Part shown: positions 1-9,811 of the stretch, piece by piece
How positions within the stretch are numbered: position 1 is the stretch's first letter
Layout: each line of letters starts with the position of its first letter
Assembly: GCA_016432405.1 (NCBI GenBank)
Contig: CP066687.1
Location: 586,629-650,628, forward strand
Reading direction: 5' to 3'
Length of the DNA stretch: 64,000 nucleotides
Source of the DNA: Candidatus Giovannonibacteria bacterium
GTDB taxonomy: Bacteria; Patescibacteriota; Minisyncoccia; UBA11713; 2-01-FULL-45-33
Translations under genes and position numbers: made by a program
The notes under the pieces: model-generated
Told to the model about the DNA's origin: nothing
Seen by the model: only the letters and a program-made list of their open reading frames with translations
The model's database searches: none

Positions 1-20
1 CGTAAATCCTTTTTTATCAA

Positions 21-509
21 TCATTGCCAGTTGAGCATGTACTCTTCTAATTCAAATGATTGCTGGCCGAACCTTTCTTCCCAGGAAACTTTTGATTTTA
101 TTTTAACTTCGTCCGTGCCTATGGTTTCTAAAGTAATTTTTCTTATAAAAATCGTTGGCGTGCCGGCGCCGTAACTATAAAGGCCGGAAGCTGAAGCCAG
201 ATTAAGCGCCGGGCAGGAAGCGCCGCAGGAATCTATCTCCGAAGTTACGGCGTCTATTTTGCAGCTATTCGGAGTAAGGCAGGCGTTCATGCCAAAAAGC
301 CAATTCCGGCCTCCCAAAACATTGCTTGAGCGGTAATTGCGGATAAGCTCAATCCCCTCCTGCGCCAAGCTGGCCGCCAAAAGGCCGTTCTTCGCCTGCG
401 AAAAAGATTTTATGCTTGTTGAGGCAAGCGTCAGCGGGCCGACCACGGCGATTATTAAAATCGCTACTGCGACGGTGGTTTCTAAGAGCGAAAAACCCGG
501 CTTTTTCAT
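21..509 (-). CDS. prepilin-type N-terminal cleavage/methylation domain protein (minor pilin/pseudopilin)
   Basis: N-terminus MKKPGFSLLETTVAVAILIIAV matches the type IV pilin leader (G|F-x-x-x-E) and hydrophobic helix; lies in the pilus cluster. Confidence 0.6.
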   Translation of the reverse strand: MKKPGFSLLETTVAVAILIIAVVGPLTLASTSIKSFSQAKNGLLAASLAQEGIELIRNYRSSNVLGGRNWLFGMNACLTPNSCKIDAVTSEIDSCGASCPALNLASASGLYSYGAGTPTIFIRKITLETIGTDEVKIKSKVSWEERFGQQSFELEEYMLNWQ

Positions 510-1100
510 TTATTCAATTGATATCTGCCCGGTAGACCTTACCACGACCTTTTTTGAAACAGTCCCGTCGGCGGAATCCAAGCGCACCTCGGCGTAATTA
601 TAATCCGCGCCGATGCCTGTTATGAAAATTGCCGGCCCCGGGCGGACGTATAAGATTGAAAGCTCCGTCAAATCGCACCCGGAAGAGCATATGCCCGCGT
701 CAAACCCGCGGAGCCATCCTATGCTTGCCTTGCTTTCAATAAGTATGCTCCCAACCGTTTCCTCCACCGGAGCGGAGTCGTAATATTTCGTGCAATTCGC
801 GTCGCCGTAAATAAAATAATGGGTTTTATCGGCCATAGAAAAAAAGAGACCGTATCCCGGGAATTTGACGGGCGGATTTTGACAATAGGGGTCATCGTTG
901 AAAGACGAGTTAAATTCCCGCACCGCGAGCGCGTAGGACTGGGCTTTGCGCAAAGAAAGCGCGAGCTTGCTTGCCTCATGATCAACCGCGATTTGCCTCT
1001 GAAATCTCGGGAAATTCGCCAACATCAAAGAAGAAATAAGCCCCATAACTCCCAAAACGACGACTACTTCAATAAGAGTAAAGCCGGAAAATCGCTTCAT
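510..1100 (-). CDS. prepilin-type N-terminal cleavage/methylation domain protein
   Basis: N-terminus MKRFSGFTLIEVVVVLGV is a class III signal peptide motif; adjacent to pilD. Confidence 0.6.
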   Translation of the reverse strand: MKRFSGFTLIEVVVVLGVMGLISSLMLANFPRFQRQIAVDHEASKLALSLRKAQSYALAVREFNSSFNDDPYCQNPPVKFPGYGLFFSMADKTHYFIYGDANCTKYYDSAPVEETVGSILIESKASIGWLRGFDAGICSSGCDLTELSILYVRPGPAIFITGIGADYNYAEVRLDSADGTVSKKVVVRSTGQISIE

Positions 1101-1107
1101 TAGAAAA

Positions 1108-1908
1108 TTATATCATAATATCGTAAAAAGCGCGGAAAAAATCCGGGAAAAGCCAAACGGCGAATACGGCGCCCGCCAAAAAGGGCGCGAAAGGAATCTC
1201 GCTTTTAAGCCCAAACTGTTTAACGCCGAAAGGCAATCCGATTGCCAAGCCACTTGGCAATCGGATTGCCAAGAGAAGAACGGCCCCGAAAAGCCCCCCA
1301 AGCCAAAAAGACAAAAAGAGCATGCCAAGATTTAACGGCCAACCCAAAAAGAGAGAGACCCAAAAAGCGGCGTCGGCGTCTCCCCTGCCCATCCAGCGCC
1401 CGCCGGAAGCGCGCCACAAAAGATAAAAAAGGAGCGCTATCAAAAAAGAGGAAGCGGCATCTTTTGTGAAATCGCCCCGGCTTACAAATTCAACCGCCGA
1501 GAACGCCGCGAAGGCGTAAAGAAAATGCGAATCTATTATTTTATTTTTAAAATCGTAGGCGGCCAGTAAAAATAGCAAAGAGAAAGCGGCAAAGTAAAAC
1601 AACCATGAAGTTAGAAGTTGGAAGTTAGAAGTTGGAAGCTTAGAATAAATCAAGACCCCAATTATTCCACTGCTAATCTCCACTATCGGGTACTGCCATG
1701 ATATTTTGCTCCCGCAGTAAGAACATCTTCCGCGCAAAGAAACAAAACTCAAAACAGGGACATTCTGCCACCATGCCAATTTTTTCCCGCAAGAAAAACA
1801 CCGGGAGCCGTTTTTCACGATTGACTCGCCGGTGTTTTTTCTCAATAAAACTACATTAAAGAAGCTCCCCAGAATCAGGCCGAAAATAAAAACGAAGAGT
1901 TTCTCCAC
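1108..1908 (-). CDS. pilD: prepilin peptidase (A24 family)
   Basis: Polytopic membrane protein with N-terminal CxxC...CxxC zinc motif (CFSCGKKL...CSYCGSKI) typical of PilD/A24 peptidases; pilin genes on both sides. Confidence 0.75.
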   Translation of the reverse strand: MEKLFVFIFGLILGSFFNVVLLRKNTGESIVKNGSRCFSCGKKLAWWQNVPVLSFVSLRGRCSYCGSKISWQYPIVEISSGIIGVLIYSKLPTSNFQLLTSWLFYFAAFSLLFLLAAYDFKNKIIDSHFLYAFAAFSAVEFVSRGDFTKDAASSFLIALLFYLLWRASGGRWMGRGDADAAFWVSLFLGWPLNLGMLFLSFWLGGLFGAVLLLAIRLPSGLAIGLPFGVKQFGLKSEIPFAPFLAGAVFAVWLFPDFFRAFYDIMI

Positions 1909-1917
1909 GCTTTCATT

Positions 1918-2433
1918 TTACGGCTTTACGTCGTAGCAAAGCGCCCCCGTGTCAGCCGCGTTGCACTTACCGCTGTCCGCTCCGGAGAAATCAGCTGCGC
2001 TCCCGGTGCAGGCGGTGCCCGCCGAGGCATCAGCGTCTGAATTTTTAGCAGGGTTGGTGCTTTCCTCCAAAGAAGTTCCCAAGTGATACGAAGTGCAGGA
2101 GCTGCCGCTGCCCAAAGCAGAATAGCTGTAAGCAGTGCTGCCAACCGGGTCAGTCGGAATCTGGGCAATGCATGCCCCTCCGCCGCAGCCGGTCGTGAGC
2201 CCGGACAAAGCAGTCGGGTAGTTGCCGGTGTTGCCGTCAAAATAAAGTTCAAGCGCGACTTGAAGCTGTTTGACGTCCGCTAGGCGCCTGGCGTCGCGCG
2301 ACTTTTTGCGCGCCGAGTTTAAGGAAGCCAAAACAACCGAGGCCAATATACCGATAATGGCGATGACCACTAAAAGTTCAATGAGCGTAAACCCAAACCC
2401 GCCGGCCATGCCCTTTACCCCGTCCTTTTTCAT
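1918..2433 (-). CDS. type IV pilin (PilA-like)
   Basis: GFTLIELLVVIAIIGILASV prepilin motif and Cys-containing C-terminal region; probable start at MKKDG inside the longer ORF. Confidence 0.65.
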   Translation of the reverse strand: MKKDGVKGMAGGFGFTLIELLVVIAIIGILASVVLASLNSARKKSRDARRLADVKQLQVALELYFDGNTGNYPTALSGLTTGCGGGACIAQIPTDPVGSTAYSYSALGSGSSCTSYHLGTSLEESTNPAKNSDADASAGTACTGSAADFSGADSGKCNAADTGALCYDVKP

Positions 2434-2520
2434 AGATCTAAACATAAACAAGTAAATAATACTGCTAAATTAAGAGAATCGACCTCTCAAGGTTAATTAT
2501 AGCAAAAATAAAGCCGGACG

Positions 2521-3741
2521 CTAGAAAGCTGTGGATATGTTATAAATGGGCACCAGGACCGCCGCGACCAATATTCCCACTCCCAAGCCCAAGGCCACAA
2601 TCAAAACCGGCTCAATCAAGCTCACCAAGTTGTCTATAAAGTTATCCACATCTCTTCTGTAAAATCCGGCGACACTTTTTAAAATATAATCCAGCTTGCC
2701 CGTCTCCTCGCCTATCCTTATCATCTGCGAAAGGAGCGGCGGGATGTCCTCGTATTTTGAAAATGACTCGGAGATCATATTGCCGCTTTTCACAGATTCC
2801 ATTGAATCCAGAAGTATTTTCCTGTAGATTTCGTTGCCGACTACTTCGGAGGTAATCTCAAGCGCCCGGACGACCGTGATGCCTCCGGAAAGCAGAGTGT
2901 GGAGATTGTCCGATATGCGGGAGAGGTAGATTTTTTTATAAAGCCCGCCGATGAGCGGCGCGGCTATGACCAGGCGCGAAAAATAAATTTTGCCATTTTC
3001 GGTCTTGGCGTATCTGGCGAGAAAAACGCCGAGCGCCGCCAAAAGCAAAATCAAAATGATTCCGAAATTGCGCAGGAGGTCGGAAAACCCGATGATGATG
3101 CGCGTGTATATCGGTATCTTCTGGCCCGATTCCACAAGAATGTTCGCCAAATTGGGGACGACGAAAATAAGCATCATCGCCATAACGGCGATGAAAGCCG
3201 AGAGCACGAATGCCGGATAAATCAGGGCGTTTCTGGCTTTTCTGGCAAGCTCATAAGAGCGCTCAAGGTAGTCCGCCAGAAAACGGAAGATTTCTTCCAA
3301 TTTTCCCGACTCTTCGCCTGACCGGACCATCGCCACGTAAAATTTTGAAAACACCTCCGGCCGGCGCGACATCGCCTGCGACATCGGCATGCCTCCCTGA
3401 ATGTCGTCCAAAAGGTCGGAGATGTTTTTCCGGAGCGCGCGGCTTTCGGTTTCTCCGATAATGATTTTTAAGGACTCAACCACCGGCACTTTCGCTTCAA
3501 AAAGCGTGGAGAGCTGGCGGGTTAAAATCACCACGTCTTCCATCGGGATTCTTTCAAAAACGCCGAGCCACTCGGCGATTTTGCCGACTCCCATGCCCGC
3601 GGCGCCTTCAATCGGCTCAATTGAAAGCACTAAAAAATTTCTCTGCTGAAGGGAAGACACGGCCAAGTCCACGCTCGCCGCCTCAATCACGCCCTCCGTC
3701 GCCCCGCCTTCCCCCGTCCTTGCTTTATACCGGAATTGCAT
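2521..3741 (-). CDS. pilC: type IV pilus assembly platform protein PilC / GspF family
   Basis: ~400 aa polytopic protein with duplicated T2SS-F-like segments; sits between pilin and pilT. Confidence 0.8.
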   Translation of the reverse strand: MQFRYKARTGEGGATEGVIEAASVDLAVSSLQQRNFLVLSIEPIEGAAGMGVGKIAEWLGVFERIPMEDVVILTRQLSTLFEAKVPVVESLKIIIGETESRALRKNISDLLDDIQGGMPMSQAMSRRPEVFSKFYVAMVRSGEESGKLEEIFRFLADYLERSYELARKARNALIYPAFVLSAFIAVMAMMLIFVVPNLANILVESGQKIPIYTRIIIGFSDLLRNFGIILILLLAALGVFLARYAKTENGKIYFSRLVIAAPLIGGLYKKIYLSRISDNLHTLLSGGITVVRALEITSEVVGNEIYRKILLDSMESVKSGNMISESFSKYEDIPPLLSQMIRIGEETGKLDYILKSVAGFYRRDVDNFIDNLVSLIEPVLIVALGLGVGILVAAVLVPIYNISTAF

Positions 3742-3797
3742 ATTGACTTTATTTTAACATATATGCTAGGATGCATCTAGAAAAGGAGGGTCTTATA

Positions 3798-4259
3798 ATG
3801 GAAACAATTACTATTGTTCTTTTGAGCGCCTTCGCTTACTTGGTAATCGGCTGCCGATTCGCCAAGTTTAACCAAGCACTGTGGAACGCGAAGATTTCCG
3901 GCTCTGGTTTTAATCCGAATGTGAACTTCTTTGGAGAAAAAACACACAAAATCTGTGAGAACCTGATGTTTATCTCGCTCTTCCCGGTGACAACATTCTT
4001 TGCCGCGATAAATCAGCTTGGCGCGAGCCCGCTCTCATTTTGGCGCCGCCATATGTGCGATAAGAAATACGATCGCGACCTCACTTTTGTAACGATTTTT
4101 TGGCCGGCAAAGCTTGTGTTGAACACGGCAACGATTACTATCTTGCTCGCCGTTATCGTACCAGCTATGTTTGTTGTCAGCATCATCTATTCCTCGCTTA
4201 CAATTTTCTCGGAAAAACCGATCGCCGAAGAAAAACCGAGAGAGGCCACTGCCAAGTAG
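3798..4259 (+). CDS. hypothetical membrane protein
   Basis: Strong RBS gaaaaggaggg before METITIV; multiple hydrophobic segments; no recognised family. Confidence 0.4.
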   Translation: METITIVLLSAFAYLVIGCRFAKFNQALWNAKISGSGFNPNVNFFGEKTHKICENLMFISLFPVTTFFAAINQLGASPLSFWRRHMCDKKYDRDLTFVTIFWPAKLVLNTATITILLAVIVPAMFVVSIIYSSLTIFSEKPIAEEKPREATAK

Positions 4260-4281
4260 GCCTTTTTTATTTTTACAAAAA

Positions 4282-5355
4282 TTACTTCCCCGCCAAGATT
4301 CTTAATTCCTGCGGATTGAGAGAAAACAGCAAAGCGTTTTCCATTGTTATCTCGCCCCTGCGCACAAGCTCAATCAAAGAGCGGTTGAAACTGACCATTC
4401 CGGCCTCGGCGTTGGTCTCTATCACCAAATCAATCTCATGCACTTTATTTTCGCGGATGAGGTTGCGGACGGCGGCGTTGGAAATCAAAAGCTCGTAAGC
4501 AGGTATCAGCCCGCCCGAGACGCGCAGAATCAGCCGCTGGGAAAAGATGCCAATGAGAGTGCTCGCAAGCTGCGTCCGAATCTGCCCCTGCTGGTCTCCG
4601 GGGAAAGTGTCTATGATGCGGTCAATTGTCTGGGCGGCGTTGTTTGTATGAAGCGACGAGAGCACCAAGTGCCCCGTCTCGGCCGCCGTCACGGCGGCCG
4701 ACATCGTCTCCGGATCGCGCATCTCGCCTATCATGGCGACGTTTACGTCCTCGCGGAACATTGAGCGCAGCGCCGTGTGGAAATCCTTCGTGTCCAGCCC
4801 GACCTCCCTTTGGTCAATGATTGACCTGTCCGGGGTAAAAATATATTCAATCGGGTCTTCAATAGTGATGATGTGCTCGGTGCGGGTGTGGTTAATCATA
4901 TCAACCAAAGCCGCCAAGGTCGTGGATTTGCCGTGCCCGGTCGGCCCCACCACCAGGAAAAACCCCTGTTCTTTTTTGGAAAACTCCGCCAAAACCGGCG
5001 GGATATTCAGCTCTTCCAGAGTTTTTATTTTATACGGGACTATTCTCAAGGCGGCGCCTATAAAACCCTTTTGGAAATAAGAATTCACCCGGAAGCGGAT
5101 TTTGTCTTTGTAAGAATAAGAAAAATCCTTTTCCTTGCTCCGCAAAAATTCCTGGAAGTTTTCTTTGTCCATCATCGCCGCAACCAGCCCTTCCGTGTCG
5201 GCAGACGTAAGAATCGGCCTCTTGGCAAGCGGGACGAGTTGTCCTGAAATCCGGAGCACCGGGTGCCTGCCCACGGCAAGATGCAGGTCGGATGCACCCT
5301 CTTCCGCCACCTGCGTTATCAATTCCTCCAAAAGTTTATTGTATTCGGTCGCCAT
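4282..5355 (-). CDS. pilT: type IV pilus retraction ATPase PilT
   Basis: ~357 aa secretion ATPase with a GPTGHGKSTT Walker A motif and PilT-like N-terminus MATEYNKLLEELI. Confidence 0.8.
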   Translation of the reverse strand: MATEYNKLLEELITQVAEEGASDLHLAVGRHPVLRISGQLVPLAKRPILTSADTEGLVAAMMDKENFQEFLRSKEKDFSYSYKDKIRFRVNSYFQKGFIGAALRIVPYKIKTLEELNIPPVLAEFSKKEQGFFLVVGPTGHGKSTTLAALVDMINHTRTEHIITIEDPIEYIFTPDRSIIDQREVGLDTKDFHTALRSMFREDVNVAMIGEMRDPETMSAAVTAAETGHLVLSSLHTNNAAQTIDRIIDTFPGDQQGQIRTQLASTLIGIFSQRLILRVSGGLIPAYELLISNAAVRNLIRENKVHEIDLVIETNAEAGMVSFNRSLIELVRRGEITMENALLFSLNPQELRILAGK

Positions 5356-5367
5356 TTTAAAGCTTAT

Positions 5368-5814
5368 TTAAATATGGAAATCACCGGACGCGCCGGATGC
5401 CGGCCCGCCGGATGCCTGCGTCTTACTGCCCAAAAGCCCCCTCACTTTCGCCACAACCTCCGACGGCGTGAAATGCGCTTTTACTATGTAATCGGTCGCG
5501 CCAAGCTTAAGCCCCCGTTCAACGTCCTCCTTTTGCCCAAGATTCGTCAAAATCACAATGACGGCGTTCGGCGCGAGATTGTCTTTTTTGAGCGCGCGCA
5601 GCACGTCAAACCCGTCCATTTTTGGCATAACGATATCCAAAAGTATCACGTCCGGTTCTGCGCTTTTGGATTTAGCGAGCGCCTCCTCGCCGTTTTTCGC
5701 AATATCAACCGCGAAGCCGGACTCCTTGAACTTGATGGCGTACATGTCCAAAAGGAAAGCGTCGTCGTCAACTATCAAAACCTTTGTCGGGTTCATGGGT
5801 TTACCGTCTGCCAT
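5368..5814 (-). CDS. response regulator receiver (CheY-like, PilH-like)
   Basis: KVLIVDDDAFLL...DVILLDIVMPKMDGFDVLRALK is a REC domain with phospho-acceptor Asp; no output domain. Confidence 0.7.
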   Translation of the reverse strand: MADGKPMNPTKVLIVDDDAFLLDMYAIKFKESGFAVDIAKNGEEALAKSKSAEPDVILLDIVMPKMDGFDVLRALKKDNLAPNAVIVILTNLGQKEDVERGLKLGATDYIVKAHFTPSEVVAKVRGLLGSKTQASGGPASGASGDFHI

Positions 5815-6239
5815 CCGGGATTCTTGCCCCTGATGGAATTAGTTTCTAAAAAATACCGGATGGTGTAAGAAATGCCGTCCGCGGATTGGTAGCAGTATAA
5901 AAACGAGTTTGCCCCGCCGCAGCTCCCAGAGCCGGTGTATTTTGGGTCCAATGGCATAGTTTTTATCGCCCCTTCCGAAAGAAGCAAAGACGAAAGGCAA
6001 TCATTGCTGCCGTCTATCGCGGTTTCCTGCTGGCAGACGGGATAAACGTTTTTTTGGTTTATGTAAAGATTAAGCGCGCTTTGTACGGATTTAATATCCT
6101 CCTCGCGCCGGGCATCTCTCCCCTTGGCGGCGGAGGGAGAAAACAAAACCATGGCGATAGCCGCCATCAGCCCGATAATCCCCAGAACCACCAAAAGCTC
6201 TATTATGGTAAACCCCCGTTTTTTAAGCGCTATCCCCAT
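5793..6239 (-). CDS. type IV pilin / pseudopilin
   Basis: MGIALKKRGFTIIELLVVLGIIGLMAAIA prepilin motif. Confidence 0.6.
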   Translation of the reverse strand: MGIALKKRGFTIIELLVVLGIIGLMAAIAMVLFSPSAAKGRDARREEDIKSVQSALNLYINQKNVYPVCQQETAIDGSNDCLSSLLLSEGAIKTMPLDPKYTGSGSCGGANSFLYCYQSADGISYTIRYFLETNSIRGKNPGWQTVNP

Positions 6240-6244
6240 ATCTT

Positions 6245-7957
6245 CTATATTACTTCCAACAGCTCTTCCAGTCCAATCTTGCCTTCCAGCACCCTCAAAA
6301 TGCCGTCTTGACGCAAAGTTGTCATCCCTTGCTTCCGGGCCTCTTCTTCTATTTTCGGCTCCGGAGCTTTTTCAAGGATAAGCGCCTCCAGTTCCTTGGT
6401 TGCTCCTAAGACCTCAAAAATGGCGATGCGCCCTTTTGAGCCCTTGGGGCAGGTTCCGGAAATCTTCGGCCGGTAAATCGCTTTCGGCAGTTTGATTTTT
6501 TTCTTTACGCCGTCGGGCATCGCTTCAATCTCTTTTAAAATGACTTCTTTCGTCTTGCCTTCCAGCGGCACCTCTTCTTTGGAATCTTCGCAAAGCGTCC
6601 GCACCAGCCGCTGGCCTATGGCCATAATCAAAGTCGGGGCGATGAGATACGGGTCCACCCCCATGTCTATGAGCCGGGGAATAACCCCGACCGCGGTGTT
6701 GGTATGCAAGGTCGCTAAAACCAGATGCCCGGTAAGGGCGGCGTGTATGGCAAGCTGGGCGGTTTCTTTGTCGCGTATCTCGCCTACCATTATAACATCC
6801 GGGTCCTGGCGGAGAATATGCCGAAGGCCCTCCGCAAAATCGTAGCCGATTTCCGGCCGGACCTGCGATTGGTTTATGCCCTGGATGGCGTATTCAACAG
6901 GGTCTTCCAAACTGACCGTGTTCCAGCGGTCTTCGTTTAAGGATTTAAGCATCGCGTAAAGCGTGGTTGATTTTCCGGAACCGGTGGGGCCGGTGAGCAA
7001 AATCAGGCCGTAGGGCTCGGAGAGGGCGTTTTTGACTTTTTTGTAATCGTCTTCGGAAAAGCCGAGGTCGTCCAGGGTCTTAATCCCGGTCTCGGGGTCC
7101 AAGATGCGGATGGCGACTTTCTCGCCGAAATAAGTCGGGAAAGTGGAAACCCTGAAATCAATTTCGCGGTTTTCAATTCTCGCGCTGAAGCGGCCGTCCT
7201 GGGGCTTTCGCTTTTCGTCCAGCTGCATATTGGTGAGGATTTTTACGCGCGAGACAATAGAGTCATGCACTTTCATCGGCAAAAAAAGACTGGTATATAG
7301 AATGCCGTCCACGCGGAAGCGAACGCGGAGCTTATCCCTGCCCGGCTCAATGTGGACGTCGGAGGCCCGGCCCTCGGTCGCGTGCCGCAAAATCACCGCC
7401 ACCATTTTTGTGATGGGGGCTTCTTCAACGAACGAGGTTTCCGCGCGCTCAAGCGCTTTCGGCAAAGTCGGCTCCTCGGAAAGCGCCACCTCAAGCTCGC
7501 CCAAAACTTTCGTCACCTCGCCGGAGATGCCTTTGTACTCTTCAAGCACGCCAGCCAGGTCGCGGCGCGAGATGAGGAAAATTTTAAACGGCTGGTTGAG
7601 CCGGGCCGCGATAAATTTAAGCGCTTCTCTGGCCTCAATGTTGTCTGGGTCAATCATGCCGATGGAAATCATCCCGTTTTCCTGCCCCACCGGCGCGAAC
7701 TGGTAATGCCGGGCGGATTCCTCCGGAATATTTTTTAAAAGGTCAAAAGGAATTTTTTTGCCTGCCAAGGACAGCACCGGGATGCCCAGCGCCTCGCCTT
7801 TGGCGTTTAAAATTTTCTGCTCGTCCAATCCGCGCTCCAAGAGCTCCTCTTCAATGGAGATGTTTTTGCTCCGCGCCATTTTTTTTACTTCGGTCGCCTC
7901 CTGGAGCGTAACGTCTCCGGAAGCCGCCAAAACGTCTAAAATTCCCTTCGCCGCCAT
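6245..7957 (-). CDS. pilB: type IV pilus assembly ATPase PilB / GspE
   Basis: 570 aa; N-terminal T2SE_Nter-like region, LLTGPTGSGKSTTLYAML Walker A motif, and tetracysteine-like region. Confidence 0.85.
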   Translation of the reverse strand: MAAKGILDVLAASGDVTLQEATEVKKMARSKNISIEEELLERGLDEQKILNAKGEALGIPVLSLAGKKIPFDLLKNIPEESARHYQFAPVGQENGMISIGMIDPDNIEAREALKFIAARLNQPFKIFLISRRDLAGVLEEYKGISGEVTKVLGELEVALSEEPTLPKALERAETSFVEEAPITKMVAVILRHATEGRASDVHIEPGRDKLRVRFRVDGILYTSLFLPMKVHDSIVSRVKILTNMQLDEKRKPQDGRFSARIENREIDFRVSTFPTYFGEKVAIRILDPETGIKTLDDLGFSEDDYKKVKNALSEPYGLILLTGPTGSGKSTTLYAMLKSLNEDRWNTVSLEDPVEYAIQGINQSQVRPEIGYDFAEGLRHILRQDPDVIMVGEIRDKETAQLAIHAALTGHLVLATLHTNTAVGVIPRLIDMGVDPYLIAPTLIMAIGQRLVRTLCEDSKEEVPLEGKTKEVILKEIEAMPDGVKKKIKLPKAIYRPKISGTCPKGSKGRIAIFEVLGATKELEALILEKAPEPKIEEEARKQGMTTLRQDGILRVLEGKIGLEELLEVI

Positions 7958-8041
7958 GGAACTATTTTAGCATATTGACAAAATCAAGCCATTTGCTAAG
8001 AATAAGGCAGACAAAATAAACGAAAGAAAAGGAGAGCGGAT

Positions 8042-8296
8042 ATGGGACTTACTGAACTTGCGGCAAAACATTGGGAAGGTATGCAAACCGCGGATAGAAA
8101 AAAGCTTCTGCGAGAACTGGAGTTGACCGCTCACGATCTTGACGGCTACACCGTCGCCGAGGCTTCCGAGACCGCTGACTTCAATTCGTTGCCACTTATT
8201 GTCCGCGGTTGCCTTATCACGGCAGTAACTCTTGACGGGTTTTCCGTAGAGGAGCGCTTATCCCGAGTTGAAAAAATGCGAAAATCGCGAGATTAA
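8042..8296 (+). CDS. hypothetical protein
   Basis: Upstream TTGACA-16-TAAGAAT promoter-like sequence and aaaaggagag RBS; no recognised domain. Confidence 0.45.
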   Translation: MGLTELAAKHWEGMQTADRKKLLRELELTAHDLDGYTVAEASETADFNSLPLIVRGCLITAVTLDGFSVEERLSRVEKMRKSRD

Positions 8297-8403
8297 TCCG
8301 TACGGGTTCGCCCGGCGGTTTTTATTTACTAAAATTATGGAGCGATCGTTTTATAATTTTAGTGAACCGCACTATTTACCAACTTAGACGTCAGACGTCT
8401 AAA

Positions 8404-8432
8404 TGAGGGCGAGTCCACCCTCATTTTTTTAT
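8404..8432 (+). terminator. rho-independent terminator (atgagggcg-agtcca-ccctcat + T7)
   Basis: 7-bp perfect stem followed by a run of 7 T. Confidence 0.5.
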
Positions 8433-8442
8433 TTTTAGTTTT

Positions 8443-8727
8443 TTATCTCCTCCCCGGAGCAAAGGGGTTGGTCTTGCCTTTTGAAACGCCTTCCAAAGAT
8501 GTCTTTGGGGCGGCTTCCAATTCCAGAAATTGCGCGTCGTTGAAAAATGCCGTGTCTATTTTTATGTTTTTGAGCCGCCGCACCAGCTCCAACGCCGGCC
8601 CTTCCGTCTCGCCCCCCTGGCTTATGGCGACTTCCCCGCCGCCGGATGACAGCAGCCACCAAACCGCTCCCGCGATTAAAATTAAAACCGCTGCTCCGGT
8701 TATTATATTTTTATTCAGCATTGTCAT
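8443..8727 (-). CDS. hypothetical membrane-anchored pilus assembly protein (PilP-like?)
   Basis: N-terminal TM helix; start codon overlaps stop of upstream pilO-like gene (ATGA). Confidence 0.35.
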   Translation of the reverse strand: MTMLNKNIITGAAVLILIAGAVWWLLSSGGGEVAISQGGETEGPALELVRRLKNIKIDTAFFNDAQFLELEAAPKTSLEGVSKGKTNPFAPGRR

Positions 8728-9281
8728 CTTTGGTAATACGATTTGGCTTTTAAGGTGAATTCAAAAAGGTTTGAACTGCCGCCGGCGAAAGATATGTCGG
8801 TTATGTCCGCCACGCGCAGATTTTTCTCCAGCGCCGCCAAAAAGGACCTGAAGGATTCGTAGGACGCGGAAAGGGTGAAGCTGTAAGAAATAACGTTGGC
8901 GGCGGCTTCTTCCTTGACCGCTATCCTCGCCGGCCCCGCTGTCTGCGGGGCGGTTGCCTGGGAATCTTTTATGAAATCAATTCTCCTTAAGCGCACTCCC
9001 CTGTCTCTGGCTATTCTTTCCAGCGCCACCAAAATATTTCCGCTGTCGGGCTTAGGCGGAAGCAAGTCGTAAAGCCGTTCTACTTTGCTCCGCGGAATGG
9101 AATTGTAGGCATCTAAAAGCTCGTCCCTCAACCCTTCCAATTCGTGAAGGCGCGCGAGGGTGTCTTCAATCGCGCCGATTTCGGCGCGCAGCCCCGAAAC
9201 GTCGCTCCAGATCGGGCGCGCCGCCCAAAAAATCAAACCCACGGCGGCCGCCAGAAAAATTATTGTAAGAGCGGCTTTCAT
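8724..9281 (-). CDS. pilO: type IV pilus assembly protein PilO-like
   Basis: N-terminal TM helix plus coiled coil; position between pilN-like and pilP-like genes. Confidence 0.55.
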   Translation of the reverse strand: MKAALTIIFLAAAVGLIFWAARPIWSDVSGLRAEIGAIEDTLARLHELEGLRDELLDAYNSIPRSKVERLYDLLPPKPDSGNILVALERIARDRGVRLRRIDFIKDSQATAPQTAGPARIAVKEEAAANVISYSFTLSASYESFRSFLAALEKNLRVADITDISFAGGSSNLFEFTLKAKSYYQR

Positions 9282-9808
9282 TTTTTTAAAGCAATATTTA
9301 AAGTAAAGCCGACCGCTCCGGTTTCTCTAAGCGAAAGATTCCCAAAAGTGGCGCTGGCAACGTTCGGCAGCGCCTCAAAAGCGCTGGACTGGGCGGAAAC
9401 GTCGGCGTAGCTCGCCGCTTCCCCGGTCAAAGTAACAGTGTTTTTTTCGGCCGAGTAGCCGAAAGTGGCGAAACTTGCCGAGGGAATCGTATTGGCTTCT
9501 ATCATGTCAAAGGTCGCCGAGGTTTTTTGGTGGCCACGCAAAATCACCCGCGCTGCGGAGATAGAGTTGGAAACCCTTTCCAGCTCCGCTATCAAAGATG
9601 GTTCAAAAGCGACCTCCAGTTTTTGCAAAACCGATTTCTGGCGCGCAATATTGTTTACCAGATAGTTTCTGTAAAGATAAAGCCCGCCGGTCAGAAAAGC
9701 CGAGGCCATAAAAAGTATGAAAGCAATCCGCAAAAAAACTCCCAAACCGCCCGGGGCATAAATCTGGCTTTGCGGCAATTTTTTTGGTATTAAAGATTCT
9801 TCCGCCAT
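9278..9808 (-). CDS. pilN: type IV pilus assembly protein PilN-like
   Basis: Single N-terminal TM helix; start overlaps pilM stop; conserved pilMNO order. Confidence 0.55.
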   Translation of the reverse strand: MAEESLIPKKLPQSQIYAPGGLGVFLRIAFILFMASAFLTGGLYLYRNYLVNNIARQKSVLQKLEVAFEPSLIAELERVSNSISAARVILRGHQKTSATFDMIEANTIPSASFATFGYSAEKNTVTLTGEAASYADVSAQSSAFEALPNVASATFGNLSLRETGAVGFTLNIALKK

Positions 9809-9811
9809 TTT

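Noticed and set aside
2899-3649. Several 76-140-aa ORFs antisense within pilC (and similar antisense ORFs inside pilB, ftsH, ileS, leuS, topA, relA)
   Set aside because: They are fully embedded antisense in well-supported long genes, have no RBS, and show low-complexity Arg/Pro/Ser-rich translations typical of GC-rich antisense frames.
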